A DNA stretch of 61,076 nucleotides, filler included, from Stramenopiles sp. TOSAG23-3 (lineage: Eukaryota): NCBI GenBank assembly GCA_900128585.1. It is 17 parts of 17 records of this genome, joined end to end, with 100 filler letters (N's around TTAATTAATTAA, not from the genome) between each part and the next. Parts side by side here need not be neighbours in the genome. Positions count along the whole stretch, not along the records: positions 1 to 3,518 come from LT644180.1; positions 3,619 to 7,136 come from LT644181.1; positions 7,237 to 10,753 come from LT644182.1; positions 10,854 to 14,365 come from LT644183.1; 13 more parts are not named here. The stretch is one strand, 5' to 3'. Of the stretch, positions 1 through 11,120 are shown one piece after another; position 1 is the first letter of the stretch; each line of letters starts with the position of its first letter. The notes beneath the pieces were generated by a model. The model worked only from the letters and a program-made list of their open reading frames with translations, was not told where the DNA came from and did no database searches. Made by a program: the position numbers and the translations under genes.

Positions 1-1
1 C

Positions 2-776
2 ATCTCCCAACGCTGTCTCGGACGTCATTCCGTTCAGTTTGTTGAAAAGCAAAATGTCCCCACTCTCCGAATCGCTCTTTATCACGATTTCGTTGCTCGA
101 AAATTTGGCGCCCGACCTTGCACTCTTGACCTGCAGTTTCCGCTGTGCGCTGGCAATTTTCTCCTGCTGGTGCGCGACGTCGGTCCAAAACGCTGTTCCA
201 AGCATTCCCTGCTGCAGATCCATCTGAATATGAAAGGCCGGGAAAAGCAGACCGGGGTGCTTCTTGCAGAAACCGTTGAAGGCGCGAAAGTCTATTTGAA
301 CGTCGGCCGGATCGCATGCCCCATCGCCCCTCCAATCAAATGAAAGGACCTGCTTCATCAGTTTGTTTGCCATGGCGTTGGTTTTGTACCGCTTACCGAA
401 CATTTGCCTTAAAATCATCATCATCTCGTCCATGTCAATGAAGCCGGAATGGTCCTCGTCGTAAAGCTCGAAGGCAAACCTTGTCAGCCCTTCCTTCGTA
501 AACGTCGCATAGTTCCATACGGTAAGGACGAACTCCCCAAAGTCGATCTCTCCCGACCCGTCCTCGTCCATAACGGAGAACGCCCGCCTGGCAAAGGCCG
601 TATCTTTCATTTGGAAGAACGTAAAAAATTCTTTGAGGTCGATCTCCCCGCTCCCGTCCCGGTCGATGCATTGAAAATACTCGTACAACAACTCAACCAC
701 CCGATGCCCAATCCCCAGCCTTTCAAACATGCGAAGAAAGGGCGCGTTCTTCGTCACGTACACCGCGTGCCCCCCC
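2..776 (-). CDS. EF-hand calcium-binding protein (calcineurin B/NCS-like), runs off the left edge; 5' end uncertain
   Basis: Not in the ORF track. Manual translation gives three EF loops: DRDGSGEIDLKE, DEDGSGEIDFGE, DEDHSGFIDMDE. First in-frame ATG is at 730; the coding frame probably continues upstream across the C7 run at 770-776. Confidence 0.85.
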
Positions 777-1266
777 GTTCGCCCCTTACGATGCGTTCTA
801 AGACAACACCGGGAGAACGTCGTATTGTACTGAAGGCAACATCGTCCTCTTCCGCAAGCTGTCTATCAACGCGAAGGGTCAGGTGGAAAGTGTGAGATTC
901 TACTGGTACGATATTCCTAAGGGAGACCTTCGGCCAATCCTAAGGCCTTCAGAAAAAAACAGCCGACGGCCTACCGTTTCGTGGGAGAATTACCTGTTAT
1001 AAATCTATAAACTACCAGAAACCTTTGCGCAGAGAAATTCAGAGTACTGTTTTGTTTTTTAAAAAGAATAATTTCATACAAACCTGTCATTTAGTTATTG
1101 CAGACATAAACAAACAAACAGGCGCGTCATACAAAATTATTCACCCCTAGTTTTATACCACAAAGGTTCATAATAAGCTGCGGCTTGAAGACTCCCATTC
1201 GGGAGGATCTGCTTACCACCTCTGTTTGATCAAAATGTTTATTCTTAGGATTTGTTGTTTGGTGGA

Positions 1267-3516
1267 TTATTCGGATTGTGAGTGGATTCTTTTTAAATCT
1301 TTTCGTTTCAAACATTTATGGAACAAGTGGACAGCAACAAAGTAAATCATACTAACCATCAATATAACGACTCCAATCCATTCAAATATCGTTGAAATCA
1401 ATGCTCCAGCAGGATATTTTTTGTCCAATTCGTCTTGTTGCAACAGCTTGTCCTCAGGAGCATTAGTCATGAATCCATGCACGAACTGTCCAATGAACAA
1501 CGACAACTCTCCAGCAAGAAATGTCTCTTCCAACCTGTTGTTTGCATTGGAGTCCCACTTTCCGACTCGACGGCTAGTGTAGTCATCAACGTACGGCTGA
1601 AATCGGTATTGCAAGAACAATGAACCAATCACAATAACGCTCTGTATGGGCATGGATGCCAACGGTCGATTTGTTAAGAAAATAGAAATGAGCAACACCA
1701 TGATTTTTCTGAAAAATACTACCATCTCCCAGTAAAAATGATCTGCGTCCTTGTATTTCAGGAAGAGCCAACCCCAACGATCTAAATACCGGTTCATTTC
1801 AGCAATTTTATCCAGCTCCTCCCGGTAGCACTCGTTGCACCGTTTTATGTGAGGGAGGAAAAAGAATGCTAGAGATGCTACAGCTAAGAAAATGTATAAA
1901 TTATAGAACCACAGTGTAAAACGAAATTGTGTCAAATAGACCAACAAAGCGGCAAAAAATAAACCAAGGAAATTAAGAGCACAACTCCATAGTTGATAAC
2001 ATTTCTTTTCGCAACAGCGTGAAGCAAATTTTTCACACCGACTGTCCTCACGCCAACTGTCCCTCCAACGCCTTTCAACTACCACTTGGTCATCCTCCCA
2101 ACAACTTTTCTCACAACATTCTGTACATTGGCAGTCTCGACAGAATATTAGACAGCAAGTGCAGCAGCATATCCGACAGCATTTGGTGCTGCATCGACAT
2201 GATGGACAGCGAGTTAAAAACAAATCAGCGGTAATTTTACTGCAACAGCAACACCATTCACCGCAACAGCATTTTTTTTTCCGACAGCAGTGGCAATGTT
2301 TCATGCAGCAGACTGTGCGTTGCGGTTGAATCACAGGGCCATCGTCCTTTTGTGGAAGTCGTTTCTGTAACAGAATGTCCTTTTCAGTGCATTCTTGTGA
2401 TGGTTTGTACGGGCACTTGCATATATCAACGCCATATGCGTTATCCATTATATACAGTGTTGGAAGAATGATGTAAAATAAACTGTAACAAATGTTTGGC
2501 CAGATAAACGGTTTAGCAATCAATTCGCATGGAATGTTTGGATCTTCGTCCCAAGTGTCAATTTTGTTCCCATCCTCATCTAGATTTCCCATCCTAAAAG
2601 AACAATCAAATGGAATCAAAATCTTCCCTAATACTGCTACGAACAAGTTTATGACAATTATGTGCCAGAATACCGCGAATATACGATCATCTCCTATCCT
2701 TTTCCTTTCGTCCCTTTTTCTCGTGTCTATTTTCATTCGATTATATCTGCAGCGCAAACAACAACGCCACGTGTAGCAAAAGAGCACAAACAAAATAGGG
2801 AACATCATGCTGAAATGTATTTGTTCTGCAGGATTCAAGTTCATTTGGCATTGAGGAGCACTAATCATATTCGAAATGTCCATGGCCAAGAATTTTAAAA
2901 GGTTCCTTATGTATAATTTTATGTCTAGTGGTATATGCGGCAAAGTGATGGTTGGCATGACAATATTGATTGTCAATGCGTGCGACAATAGTATCCCTAT
3001 GCGCGCAAGTGACCCACCAATTCTGTTATTTCGGTTTTGTTGTGACGTAAATACCGTTTGAGAAGGCTGGCGATGTTCAAGGCGATGTTCAACAACATTT
3101 TTCAGTTCCTCCCCCACTTGTTTCAGTTCTTCCCCCACTTGTTGCTTGAAGAATTCGCTGCCTTCGCTTCCCTTTCCTTCACTTTGATCTGCATGGCTAT
3201 CTGCTACACGCTTCCGAACAACTTCGATAAAAATAGCATACACGTACGCAAGTAGGACAATTGAAATAACGACCCATTGTAAATACGAAGCGAACCCTTC
3301 TGGACATGGCTCACATGCGTCGTGCAAATTATAGTGTCCAGATGGGCACACGTTGCAACCTGCACCGGTCCGATTGTTCGCGCAACGTGCAAATGGTCCA
3401 CCAGGACACCATGAATCATATTTGCAGGGGAGACATTTCTCTTTTTTGACTGGTTCCGTCTGATTGTTGAAGCAATTCGGGTACGGCCTTGTAAACGGGG
3501 TGTAACAATTTTGCCC
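1267..3516 (-). CDS. Multi-pass membrane protein with Cys-rich extracellular N-terminus and a poly-Cys loop; 5'-truncated
   Basis: Frame is open to the contig edge (CLPCKYDSWCPGG...CANNRTGAGCNVCPSGHY). Many hydrophobic helices follow. RWGWLFLKYK...YWEMVVFFRK...QPY is typical of protist TRP_C-like/7TM surface proteins. Confidence 0.75.
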   Translation of the reverse strand, partial: GQNCYTPFTRPYPNCFNNQTEPVKKEKCLPCKYDSWCPGGPFARCANNRTGAGCNVCPSGHYNLHDACEPCPEGFASYLQWVVISIVLLAYVYAIFIEVVRKRVADSHADQSEGKGSEGSEFFKQQVGEELKQVGEELKNVVEHRLEHRQPSQTVFTSQQNRNNRIGGSLARIGILLSHALTINIVMPTITLPHIPLDIKLYIRNLLKFLAMDISNMISAPQCQMNLNPAEQIHFSMMFPILFVLFCYTWRCCLRCRYNRMKIDTRKRDERKRIGDDRIFAVFWHIIVINLFVAVLGKILIPFDCSFRMGNLDEDGNKIDTWDEDPNIPCELIAKPFIWPNICYSLFYIILPTLYIMDNAYGVDICKCPYKPSQECTEKDILLQKRLPQKDDGPVIQPQRTVCCMKHCHCCRKKKCCCGEWCCCCSKITADLFLTRCPSCRCSTKCCRICCCTCCLIFCRDCQCTECCEKSCWEDDQVVVERRWRDSWREDSRCEKFASRCCEKKCYQLWSCALNFLGLFFAALLVYLTQFRFTLWFYNLYIFLAVASLAFFFLPHIKRCNECYREELDKIAEMNRYLDRWGWLFLKYKDADHFYWEMVVFFRKIMVLLISIFLTNRPLASMPIQSVIVIGSLFLQYRFQPYVDDYTSRRVGKWDSNANNRLEETFLAGELSLFIGQFVHGFMTNAPEDKLLQQDELDKKYPAGALISTIFEWIGVVILMVSMIYFVAVHLFHKCLKRKDLKRIHSQSE

Positions 3517-3518
3517 GG

Positions 3519-3618
3519 NNNNNNNNNNNNNNNNNNNNNNNNNNNNNNNNNNNNNNNNNNNNTTAATTAATTAANNNNNNNNNNNNNNNNNNNNNNNNNN
3601 NNNNNNNNNNNNNNNNNN
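3519..3618. other. Artificial contig spacer (44 N + TTAATTAATTAA + 44 N), first of 16
   Basis: Identical spacers start at 3519, 7137, 10754, 14366, 17976, 21586, 25189, 28790, 32390, 35982, 39570, 43157, 46743, 50328, 53912 and 57496. The 12-mer has stops in all six frames and contig lengths never increase along the window. Confidence 0.98.
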
Positions 3619-4150
3619 TTGGCGACCCCGTTCAGGACATTCCTCTGGCATATTCGCATCTGCCAGTCCATCCATCTCTGGCGGGCTGCTATGTAGCTTA
3701 AGCTTCCACCGGTGAGCGGGGTGGGGAATTTTATTTCCGCGAGACGGTTGAGGAGGTCTTGGGCCCCCTTCGAGAAGGCTCCGCTGAGGCTCATTCCGAA
3801 GAGTGCTATTTTGCCATATTTAAGAGAGAAGCGCAACAAACAAAGCAAAGGAAAAGGCAAAACTCGTTGTTCCCCAATTATTTGACTGATGAAACTTGAA
3901 TTACCTTTCTTTCAATAATACTACCTCTACGTGTCTCTAAGCGCCGCCATTTTTGACTCCTTTTAATAATACAAAAACAAGAAGAAAATTGGCTAATAAT
4001 GTACAAATAGTGCTATTTCGTTACGTTTCAATTAAGTAAATTTTAGTATACATTAATTAGTCTCGGAAATAACACGGGTTCAGAAGTCGTTTGAACGGAG
4101 ACGAATAAATTATTTTACACGCTTCTCTATCAAGTACAATTGGAATAATG

Positions 4151-6712
4151 TTACCCCATAGTTTGAAGTTGCCACTTCTTCGGGCCTTTTTTTAATAAAT
4201 AGGACAATTCATTCATCACCTCCAGTAGATCATAGAAATCGCCACCATCGCGGTCAATTAGTTCCATGATGCCAATAGCTCTGGCTGCATCTTTTACTTC
4301 CTCGGTGGAAAAAATGGCACATCCTCTTTGTTTGGATCGATATGTTAACTCTGCGACAATTTTTTTCATTTGCTTGCTTCTACTTAAACCCGCCTTCATA
4401 GTCAAATCAACAACCCCGAACTCATCGGTGCATGCATCGATTAATGCTTCACGCATGATTTCTATAACATCCACGGCATCGCTTGCCAAAACAATTTCCC
4501 GCAATTCTACTTTTGCTCTGGCCTCTGCCAATCGTACAAGCGCTTCCAGCTGCCTAGTTGTAATGGGAGAAGTATCTGTCGGTGAACCTTTTGCCCTCAG
4601 TTCCAAATAAAAATCTCGCAATTTAGCTGCCGCCTCGGTAGATAGTTTTGGTTTGCAGTACTTTCTCGCGTAGGCTATATACTTCCGCAGCAGCTTTATC
4701 GGCAAGACATGACCATCCTTGTCGACTGCATAGTCACGAAGTCGTGCTACAAGTGCACGAGTATTGTGCTCGCTCACTTCGGACGCATACATCTGTTCTA
4801 CATGAGCACAGTTTGCTTGAGAAAACATTTGAAGAGCCCTCCGACGTTGCTGACTTTGCAAGCCTCTACGCACATTCCCTGTAGCCAGCGTCGCAGCGTC
4901 AATATTCGAAGTATTGGGCACGCCGGACAAGCCATTTTCCGATTGAAGGCGTCGGCGGCCGGTTTCGTGAGATGCAGGCCTCCCCCCATCATCGTTCTGA
5001 CCGTAGTTTTGCATAGAGTGTAATTGAATTATATGGTTAGACAATAAGTTATCTTTTTCTTCATCCGACTTGTCCATCAGTATAAACACAATATCGAAAC
5101 GAGAAAGAAGTGGCGCACCAAGGTGCAAATTTTCGTTAATTGTCCGCGATCGATTGTAATGCCCTCCGACAGGATTGGCTGCAGCAATGACGGAGGAGTG
5201 TGCCGGCAACGTAGCAACTATACCACCTTTGGCAATTGAGATAGACTGCTGTTCCATTGCTTCCAAAAGGCTGTTGTGCTCCCCTTTGCTCATTTTATCA
5301 AACTCATCGATGCAGCAAATGCCACGGTCGCTAAGGACCAACGCACCTGCCTCCAAATTGTAACCCGTCGTTCCAGGGTCGCGGACTACACTTACCGTTA
5401 ACCCGCTGGAGCTCGTTGTATTGCCGCATACATATATGCCTCGGGGGGCGCATGCTGCGCAGGCTTTCAACATTTGACTTTTCCCTAGCCCAGGATCGCC
5501 AACAATTAAAATGTGCGGATCCCCGCGGACAGCTACATTGTGCTTGTCGTCACTGAAGCTTTGGGTACCCCCAAACATTGTCAGTATTAATCCGGCCTTA
5601 ACCAATTCATTTCCAAAAATATCTGGCACGAGTGACCCAACGATGAATTCAAACAAATGTGGAATATCCGAAATTTTGCTGATCATTCGTATATCTTTTG
5701 CGTTAAACTCTAAGACATCTAATTTTTCTGACGCATCATCACCTTCTTCTTCAAATGTGTGCTTCTGCTTCGAAATCCCCGCCCGTTGTTTCCCACCAGC
5801 ACGAATAATGGTATTTCCTCCTATGTACAGTAAATGTAACCCAGTTTTCGGTCGTCCATGCCGGTAACCCCGGCCATTTGCTTCATCGGCTGACATTGCC
5901 CGGACAACACCTGTTATGGTTACCACATCACCTGGAACTGAAGCTCCACACAAAGCATCTTCTAGTTCGCACGAAATTGTTCTGGGTATACGCCCCGGAT
6001 CCGTAGAGTCCCCCCCCGATTCTTGTAGTTTTAAAGTTTGCGAGTCCATTGTTCGGGCTGAACTTCGCTGCGGGACAAAGCTTCGATTTCTACACGGTTG
6101 ATAAGCGCCTCCAGGTCTCTCGTTTGTGGCTGTGCAACGCGTTGGGGCCACATACTTGCCCTCTACAAATGATTCAAGCTGTGCATGTCCACACTTCGTA
6201 CACGTGAACTCCATGGAAAGGACTTTCGGCCGAACTTCAGTTGCACGAATTACGCTGGCTCGCAACTGTACAAATCTCCCGATGTGCTGCGCTTTGATGT
6301 GCCGTATCTTGTGAGTACATGGTAGGTTAAAAAGTCGTGGGGTCACCTTGATAAGGCCTGCTTGCGCCTCCTGGCTTTGCAAATTACCGCGCACAACGGC
6401 AAGCGCAAGACCAACTTGTCGAAGTAACCTGTCTCCGTCAGTTTCGAGACAGCGTACAAAGTCTTGGTTCCCACCTTCAAGCTCGACGAGTTGAGATACG
6501 TCTATCGGGACATCGTCTAACGTTGGCAAATCGCCGAGAAAATTTTCTAGTAGTTGGTACCAACTCCCCCGAAAACGATTGATGTATATAACACACATAT
6601 TCCAATCTGGTCCTCCTCTCTGGGGATCAGATATGTCAAAATACAGGTGCCACAGCTGTTTCAGCAGCCCGTTATCACGCGGTCCACCTGTGCGGAAGGA
6701 GCGATTACTCAT
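4151..6712 (-). CDS. MCM8: DNA helicase MCM8
   Basis: MCM zinc finger, PGRIPRTISCEL, Walker A RGDPHILIVGDPGLGKSQ, Walker B CCIDEFDKM, arginine finger SRFD, TTRQLEAL, and MCM8-type C-terminus YLLKKGPKKWQLQTM. First ATG is at 6712. Confidence 0.93.
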   Translation of the reverse strand: MSNRSFRTGGPRDNGLLKQLWHLYFDISDPQRGGPDWNMCVIYINRFRGSWYQLLENFLGDLPTLDDVPIDVSQLVELEGGNQDFVRCLETDGDRLLRQVGLALAVVRGNLQSQEAQAGLIKVTPRLFNLPCTHKIRHIKAQHIGRFVQLRASVIRATEVRPKVLSMEFTCTKCGHAQLESFVEGKYVAPTRCTATNERPGGAYQPCRNRSFVPQRSSARTMDSQTLKLQESGGDSTDPGRIPRTISCELEDALCGASVPGDVVTITGVVRAMSADEANGRGYRHGRPKTGLHLLYIGGNTIIRAGGKQRAGISKQKHTFEEEGDDASEKLDVLEFNAKDIRMISKISDIPHLFEFIVGSLVPDIFGNELVKAGLILTMFGGTQSFSDDKHNVAVRGDPHILIVGDPGLGKSQMLKACAACAPRGIYVCGNTTSSSGLTVSVVRDPGTTGYNLEAGALVLSDRGICCIDEFDKMSKGEHNSLLEAMEQQSISIAKGGIVATLPAHSSVIAAANPVGGHYNRSRTINENLHLGAPLLSRFDIVFILMDKSDEEKDNLLSNHIIQLHSMQNYGQNDDGGRPASHETGRRRLQSENGLSGVPNTSNIDAATLATGNVRRGLQSQQRRRALQMFSQANCAHVEQMYASEVSEHNTRALVARLRDYAVDKDGHVLPIKLLRKYIAYARKYCKPKLSTEAAAKLRDFYLELRAKGSPTDTSPITTRQLEALVRLAEARAKVELREIVLASDAVDVIEIMREALIDACTDEFGVVDLTMKAGLSRSKQMKKIVAELTYRSKQRGCAIFSTEEVKDAARAIGIMELIDRDGGDFYDLLEVMNELSYLLKKGPKKWQLQTMG

Positions 6713-7281
6713 GGCACGCCGGCAGGAAGTTTCCACCGTCTTCACGAAGCACTTCCCAAGCTTTTTACCCGCCCACTTGATTGGCTTTGATGCTATATAA
6801 TACACATGGGTCAAATGATCTCGCGTGCTTTGCCTTAGCCCTGCTCCACTTTAGCAGCTTCCGGTAGCTGTTAGCCGTCATCGCCATTCCATTTTGAATT
6901 CCTTCACGGGAAAAATGTGATTTGTGTAATCATTGGAAAAACAAAAAAGATGAGCGCGACAGAATTTCATTTCCTTATATTTATTCCGTAGTGGGGATGA
7001 TGCAATGATTTGATATATTGGAATTTTTAATAAATAAGTATAAATAAGGAAATGCGAACAAATATATATATTTCCATATTATTTCTATGTTAATTTAATA
7101 TACAGCATCATCCCGGGTGGAGGGTGGAGAACCCCANNNNNNNNNNNNNNNNNNNNNNNNNNNNNNNNNNNNNNNNNNNNTTAATTAATTAANNNNNNNN
7201 NNNNNNNNNNNNNNNNNNNNNNNNNNNNNNNNNNNNTCAACTCCTTCGGCATCGCAAGCGGAAAGCCAAACCCAAAATAAC

Positions 7282-10200
7282 ATGAACTACAGCCCACAGA
7301 GCTCGCACATCGGCTCGGAAGATTCGCTCGAATTATTGGACTTCGACGAGACCTCAGCGCAGATTGCTGGGCAGAGCTCTACCTTGCTGCCGAGAGGAAA
7401 TAGCTTGGAACTGACGCCGAAAGAATTTAAAGTCCGACTCTTCTTAGTCTGTAAAGAAAGAAGAGGTAAGGTAGCAATCCCCGACAATCGTTACCTGGAA
7501 TATTATGATGAACATAACGAAGAGAACACGAACATTCTACTTCTTTATTCAGACCAAGAAGACAACTTTAAGACAAAGACATATAAAGAAACTATTGATG
7601 AAGGTGCACTTGAATCCATTTGCAAATTATTCCATGGAGATGAAGAGACGCGTGAAAATCTGCGCAACAGATGGTTTAAATACCGCATCTGGAAGCATTG
7701 TGATCGTGAACCAAAAATCATTTCATTAACCAGAAATGAAGGTGACTTTGTTTTTCGCGACAGGAAAACTATTTGGGGCAACGACGTGAACCAAATTCCC
7801 GGGGATTTAGGCATTGTTCCCTACTCTTCAGAACCCCAAAGAGATGGGGGGTCTGGTTCGGGTGTAAGAACTGGTTCAGATTCAACGTCTACACACTCTT
7901 ATCACACTTTAGGCAGCTCATCGTCCGATACAAGCGGTAGCGCGAGTCCGGGTTTATATGGCAGCGAGTTCCAATTCTCTGACAGTGAAATGAAAAGATC
8001 GTTTGAAAGATTGTTTGACCATGCCTACAACGTTTTCCCCAAACTATCCCCCGTTGAGAAATTCAAGTACAAAGTATGCGACCCACTGTTTCTTACCCNN
8101 NNNNNNNNNNNNNNNNNNNNNNNNNNNNNNNNNNNNNNNNNNNNNNNNNNNNNNNNNNNNNNNNNNNNNNNNNNNNNNNNNNNNNNNNNNNNNNNNNNNN
8201 NNNNNNNNNNNNNNNNNNNTCACGACAGCTACAGCGTGCGGGTTCTGCTGAGCATGGGCTTCGACCCAACGGTTCAGGATGCAGACGGCGACACGTTTCT
8301 GCACGCCGCCCTCCGTGAGAATTTCGACGATGTTGTTCGGGAGGCTTACCAAGACGGGTGCGCAGCAAAGCTGGAAAGTGTTGAGAACAAGCGAAAGGAG
8401 AGCTGTGCTGCCCTGGCGTCTCGTGGTGGCAACCGGTTTTGGTACCTGTACCGGGGAGAGCGGAGCTTGGAGGGTTCGGCAGACCGAGAATTAATGCAGG
8501 AAGATGTGAACAGAGATGGACGTGCTTTGCATTTTGCATCCGAAGAGTGGAAGAAAGACAGAGAAGTTGTGCTCGAAGCAGTAAAACAAAATGGAAGTGC
8601 TTTGCGTTTTGCACCCGAAGAGTTGAGGAAGGACAGAGAAATTGTACTCGAAGCAGTAAAACAAGATGGATGGGCTTTAGGATTTGCATCCGAAGAGTTG
8701 AGGAAGGACAGAGAAATTGTGCTCGAAGCAGTGAAACAAGATGGAAAAGCTTTGCAATTTGCATCCGAAAAGTTGAGGTATGAAAGAACAGTGAAACAAA
8801 ATCGAATTGCTTTGCAATTTGCATCCGAAGAGTTGAGGAAGGACAGAGAAATTGTGCTCGAAGCAGTAAAACAAAATGGGTGGGCTTTGAAATTTGCATC
8901 CGAAGAGTTGAGGAAGGACAGAGAAATTGTACTCGAAGCAGTGAAACAAGATGGAATTGCTTTGCAATTTGCATCCGAAGAGCTGAGGAAGGACAGAGAA
9001 GTTGTGCTCGAAGCAGTGAAACAAGATGGTGTGCTCGAAGCAGTGCTCGAAGCAGCGAAACGGAATGTAAATGTTTTGAGTATTGCATTCGAAGAGTATG
9101 GGAAAGACAGAGAAATTGTACTCGAAGCAGTGAAAAGAAATGGAAGGGCTTTGCAATTTACTTCCGAAGAGCTGAGGAAGGACAGAGAAGTTGTGCTCGA
9201 AGCAGTGAAAAAAAATGGAAGTGCTTTGGAATTTGCATCCGAAGAGTTGAGGAAAGACAGAGAAATTGTGCTCGAAGCAGTGAAACAAGTTGGAATTGCT
9301 TTGCAATTTGCATCCGAAGAGTTGAAAAAAGACAGAACATTTGTGCTCGAAGCAGTGAAACAAGATGGAAGTGCTTTACAATTTGCATCTGAAGAGTTGA
9401 GGAAGGACAGAGAAATTGTGCTCGAAGCAGTGAAACAATATGAATGGGCTTTGCGATTTGCTTCCAGAGAGCTGAGGAAGGACAGAGATATTGTGCTCGA
9501 AGCAGTGAAACGGAATGTAAATGTTTTGAGTATTGCATCCGAAGAGTATGGGAAAGACAGAGAAATTGTACTCGAAGCAGTGAAAAGAAATGGAAGAGCT
9601 TTGCGATTTGCTTCCAAAGAGTTGAGGAAGGACAGAGAAGTTGTGCTCGAAGCAGTGAAAAAAAATGGAAGTGCTTTGCAATTTGCATCCGAAGAGTTGA
9701 GGAAGGACAGAGAAATTGTGCTCGAAGCAGTAAAACAAAATGGATGGGCTTTGGAATTTGCATCCGAAGAGTTGAGGAATGACAGAGAAGTTGTTTTAGC
9801 AGGGAAGTTAACTACATATGGCAACCGCCCAATAAAAAAGAACAAGGCGAATGTGGAGCCCTTCAACAACGATGAAATTTTGTTGTTTGATAAAGACATA
9901 TTTTTAACATCGCCGCCCTTACCTGTTGGTATTAAAAAAACAAATTCATTTAAAGAAAAGGTAAATCCACCTAACTGCCGCAAGTACGACCCAGTAGGAG
10001 GAAGGAAACGAGGCGGGGTAGTTAAAGAAGGGCTTAAACCATCTTCTTCAACAAAACTGTCGCGAGTACGACCCAGTGAGAGGAAAAGGAAACGAGGCGG
10101 GGTAACAACTTACAAAATCCATGAAAGGTTTAATCCAAAATCAGGGACTTACACAAATGTCAGACGCGCGGCGCTTTTGAAAGCCACAATGGACGAGGCA

Positions 10201-10753
10201 AATCCTCAGATTCGACTGCAGGGTATGAAGGGTCTTTTTAGCCTAACTATTAGTGACGCCAACAGGACTCCCATGTGGAACGACACGGACACTCGTGCGG
10301 CGTTTTTGAAAGCCGCAATGGACGAGGCAAATCCTGAGATTCGACTGCTGACGGGTCTTTGTAACCTAACTATTAATGAAGCCAACACGACAGCCATGTG
10401 GAACGACAGGGACACCCGTGCGGTGGTTTTGAAAGCCGCAATGGACGAGGCTAATCCTGAGATTCGACTGCAGGGTATGAAGGGTCTTTTTGACCTAACT
10501 TTTAATGATGCCAACGCGACAGCCATGTGGAACGACAGGGACACTCGTGCGGCGTGTTTGAAAGCCGCAATGGACGAGGCTAATCCTGAGATTCGACTGC
10601 AGGGTATGGAGGGTCTTTTGAACCTAACTATTAATGATGCCAACACGACAGCCATGTGGAACGACAGGGACACCCGTGCGGCGTTTTTGAAAGCCGCAAT
10701 GGACGAGGCAAATCCTGAGATTCGACTGCGGGGAATGAAGGGTCTTGTTAACC
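7282..10753 (+). CDS. Modular repeat protein: ankyrin-like segment, about 18 DUF4116-type repeats, then ARM/HEAT-like repeats; 3'-truncated, internal N gap at 8099-8219
   Basis: VRVLLSMGFDPTVQDADGDTFLHAAL (ankyrin), 25-aa ALQFASEELRKDREIVLEAVKQ repeats, 43-aa helical repeats. Continuity across the N gap is unverified. Confidence 0.75.
8512..9800 (+). repeat. Coding tandem repeat, 75-bp/25-aa unit (DUF4116-like), about 18 copies
   Basis: Near-identical GCATCCGAAGAGTTGAGGAAGGACAGAGAAATTGTGCTCGAAGCAGTGAAA units; two units are shortened in frame. Confidence 0.95.
10165..10753 (+). repeat. Coding tandem repeat, 129-bp/43-aa ARM-like unit, about 4.5 copies up to the contig end
   Basis: ATGGACGAGG recurs at 10441 and 10570 (129 bp apart). 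Unit: MDEANPEIRLQGMKGLFxLTxNDANxTAMWNDRDTRAAxLKAA. Confidence 0.9.
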
Positions 10754-11120
10754 NNNNNNNNNNNNNNNNNNNNNNNNNNNNNNNNNNNNNNNNNNNNTTA
10801 ATTAATTAANNNNNNNNNNNNNNNNNNNNNNNNNNNNNNNNNNNNNNNNNNNNGCCGAGAGAAGATTCTTGCCGACCCAGTCCGTCTCAATTTTTGCCGT
10901 CAGGTCACCATGAATTTAGCAAAATGCATGGCAAAGTACAATAGATCTTGTAAATAAGTTTGTATTTTTGTGTTCATCTGTTATTACAACAAAATTTTAT
11001 CATAAAACAATAATTAAACTTATGTTAACATACGTGCAGCCTACACCCTTGTGGTCTTCGCTAAGCAGAACCGTTAATGGCAGACACAATCCAGCGCAAC
11101 CAAAACGCAATGGCTTTGCT

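Noticed and set aside
3619-3795. Possible gene start at a contig edge (MSLSGAFSKG...), and similar edge fragments at 10856-10957 and 39363-39569
   Set aside because: Too short to assign any function.
8512-9800. CRISPR-like repeat-spacer array
   Set aside because: The units are in-frame 75-bp coding repeats with no unique spacers and no cas genes.
8093-9983. Long antisense and alternative-frame ORFs over the repeats, and over GC-rich genes (51193-52226, 59282-60466)
   Set aside because: Shadow ORFs caused by repeat periodicity and GC-rich codon usage; they carry no recognisable motifs.
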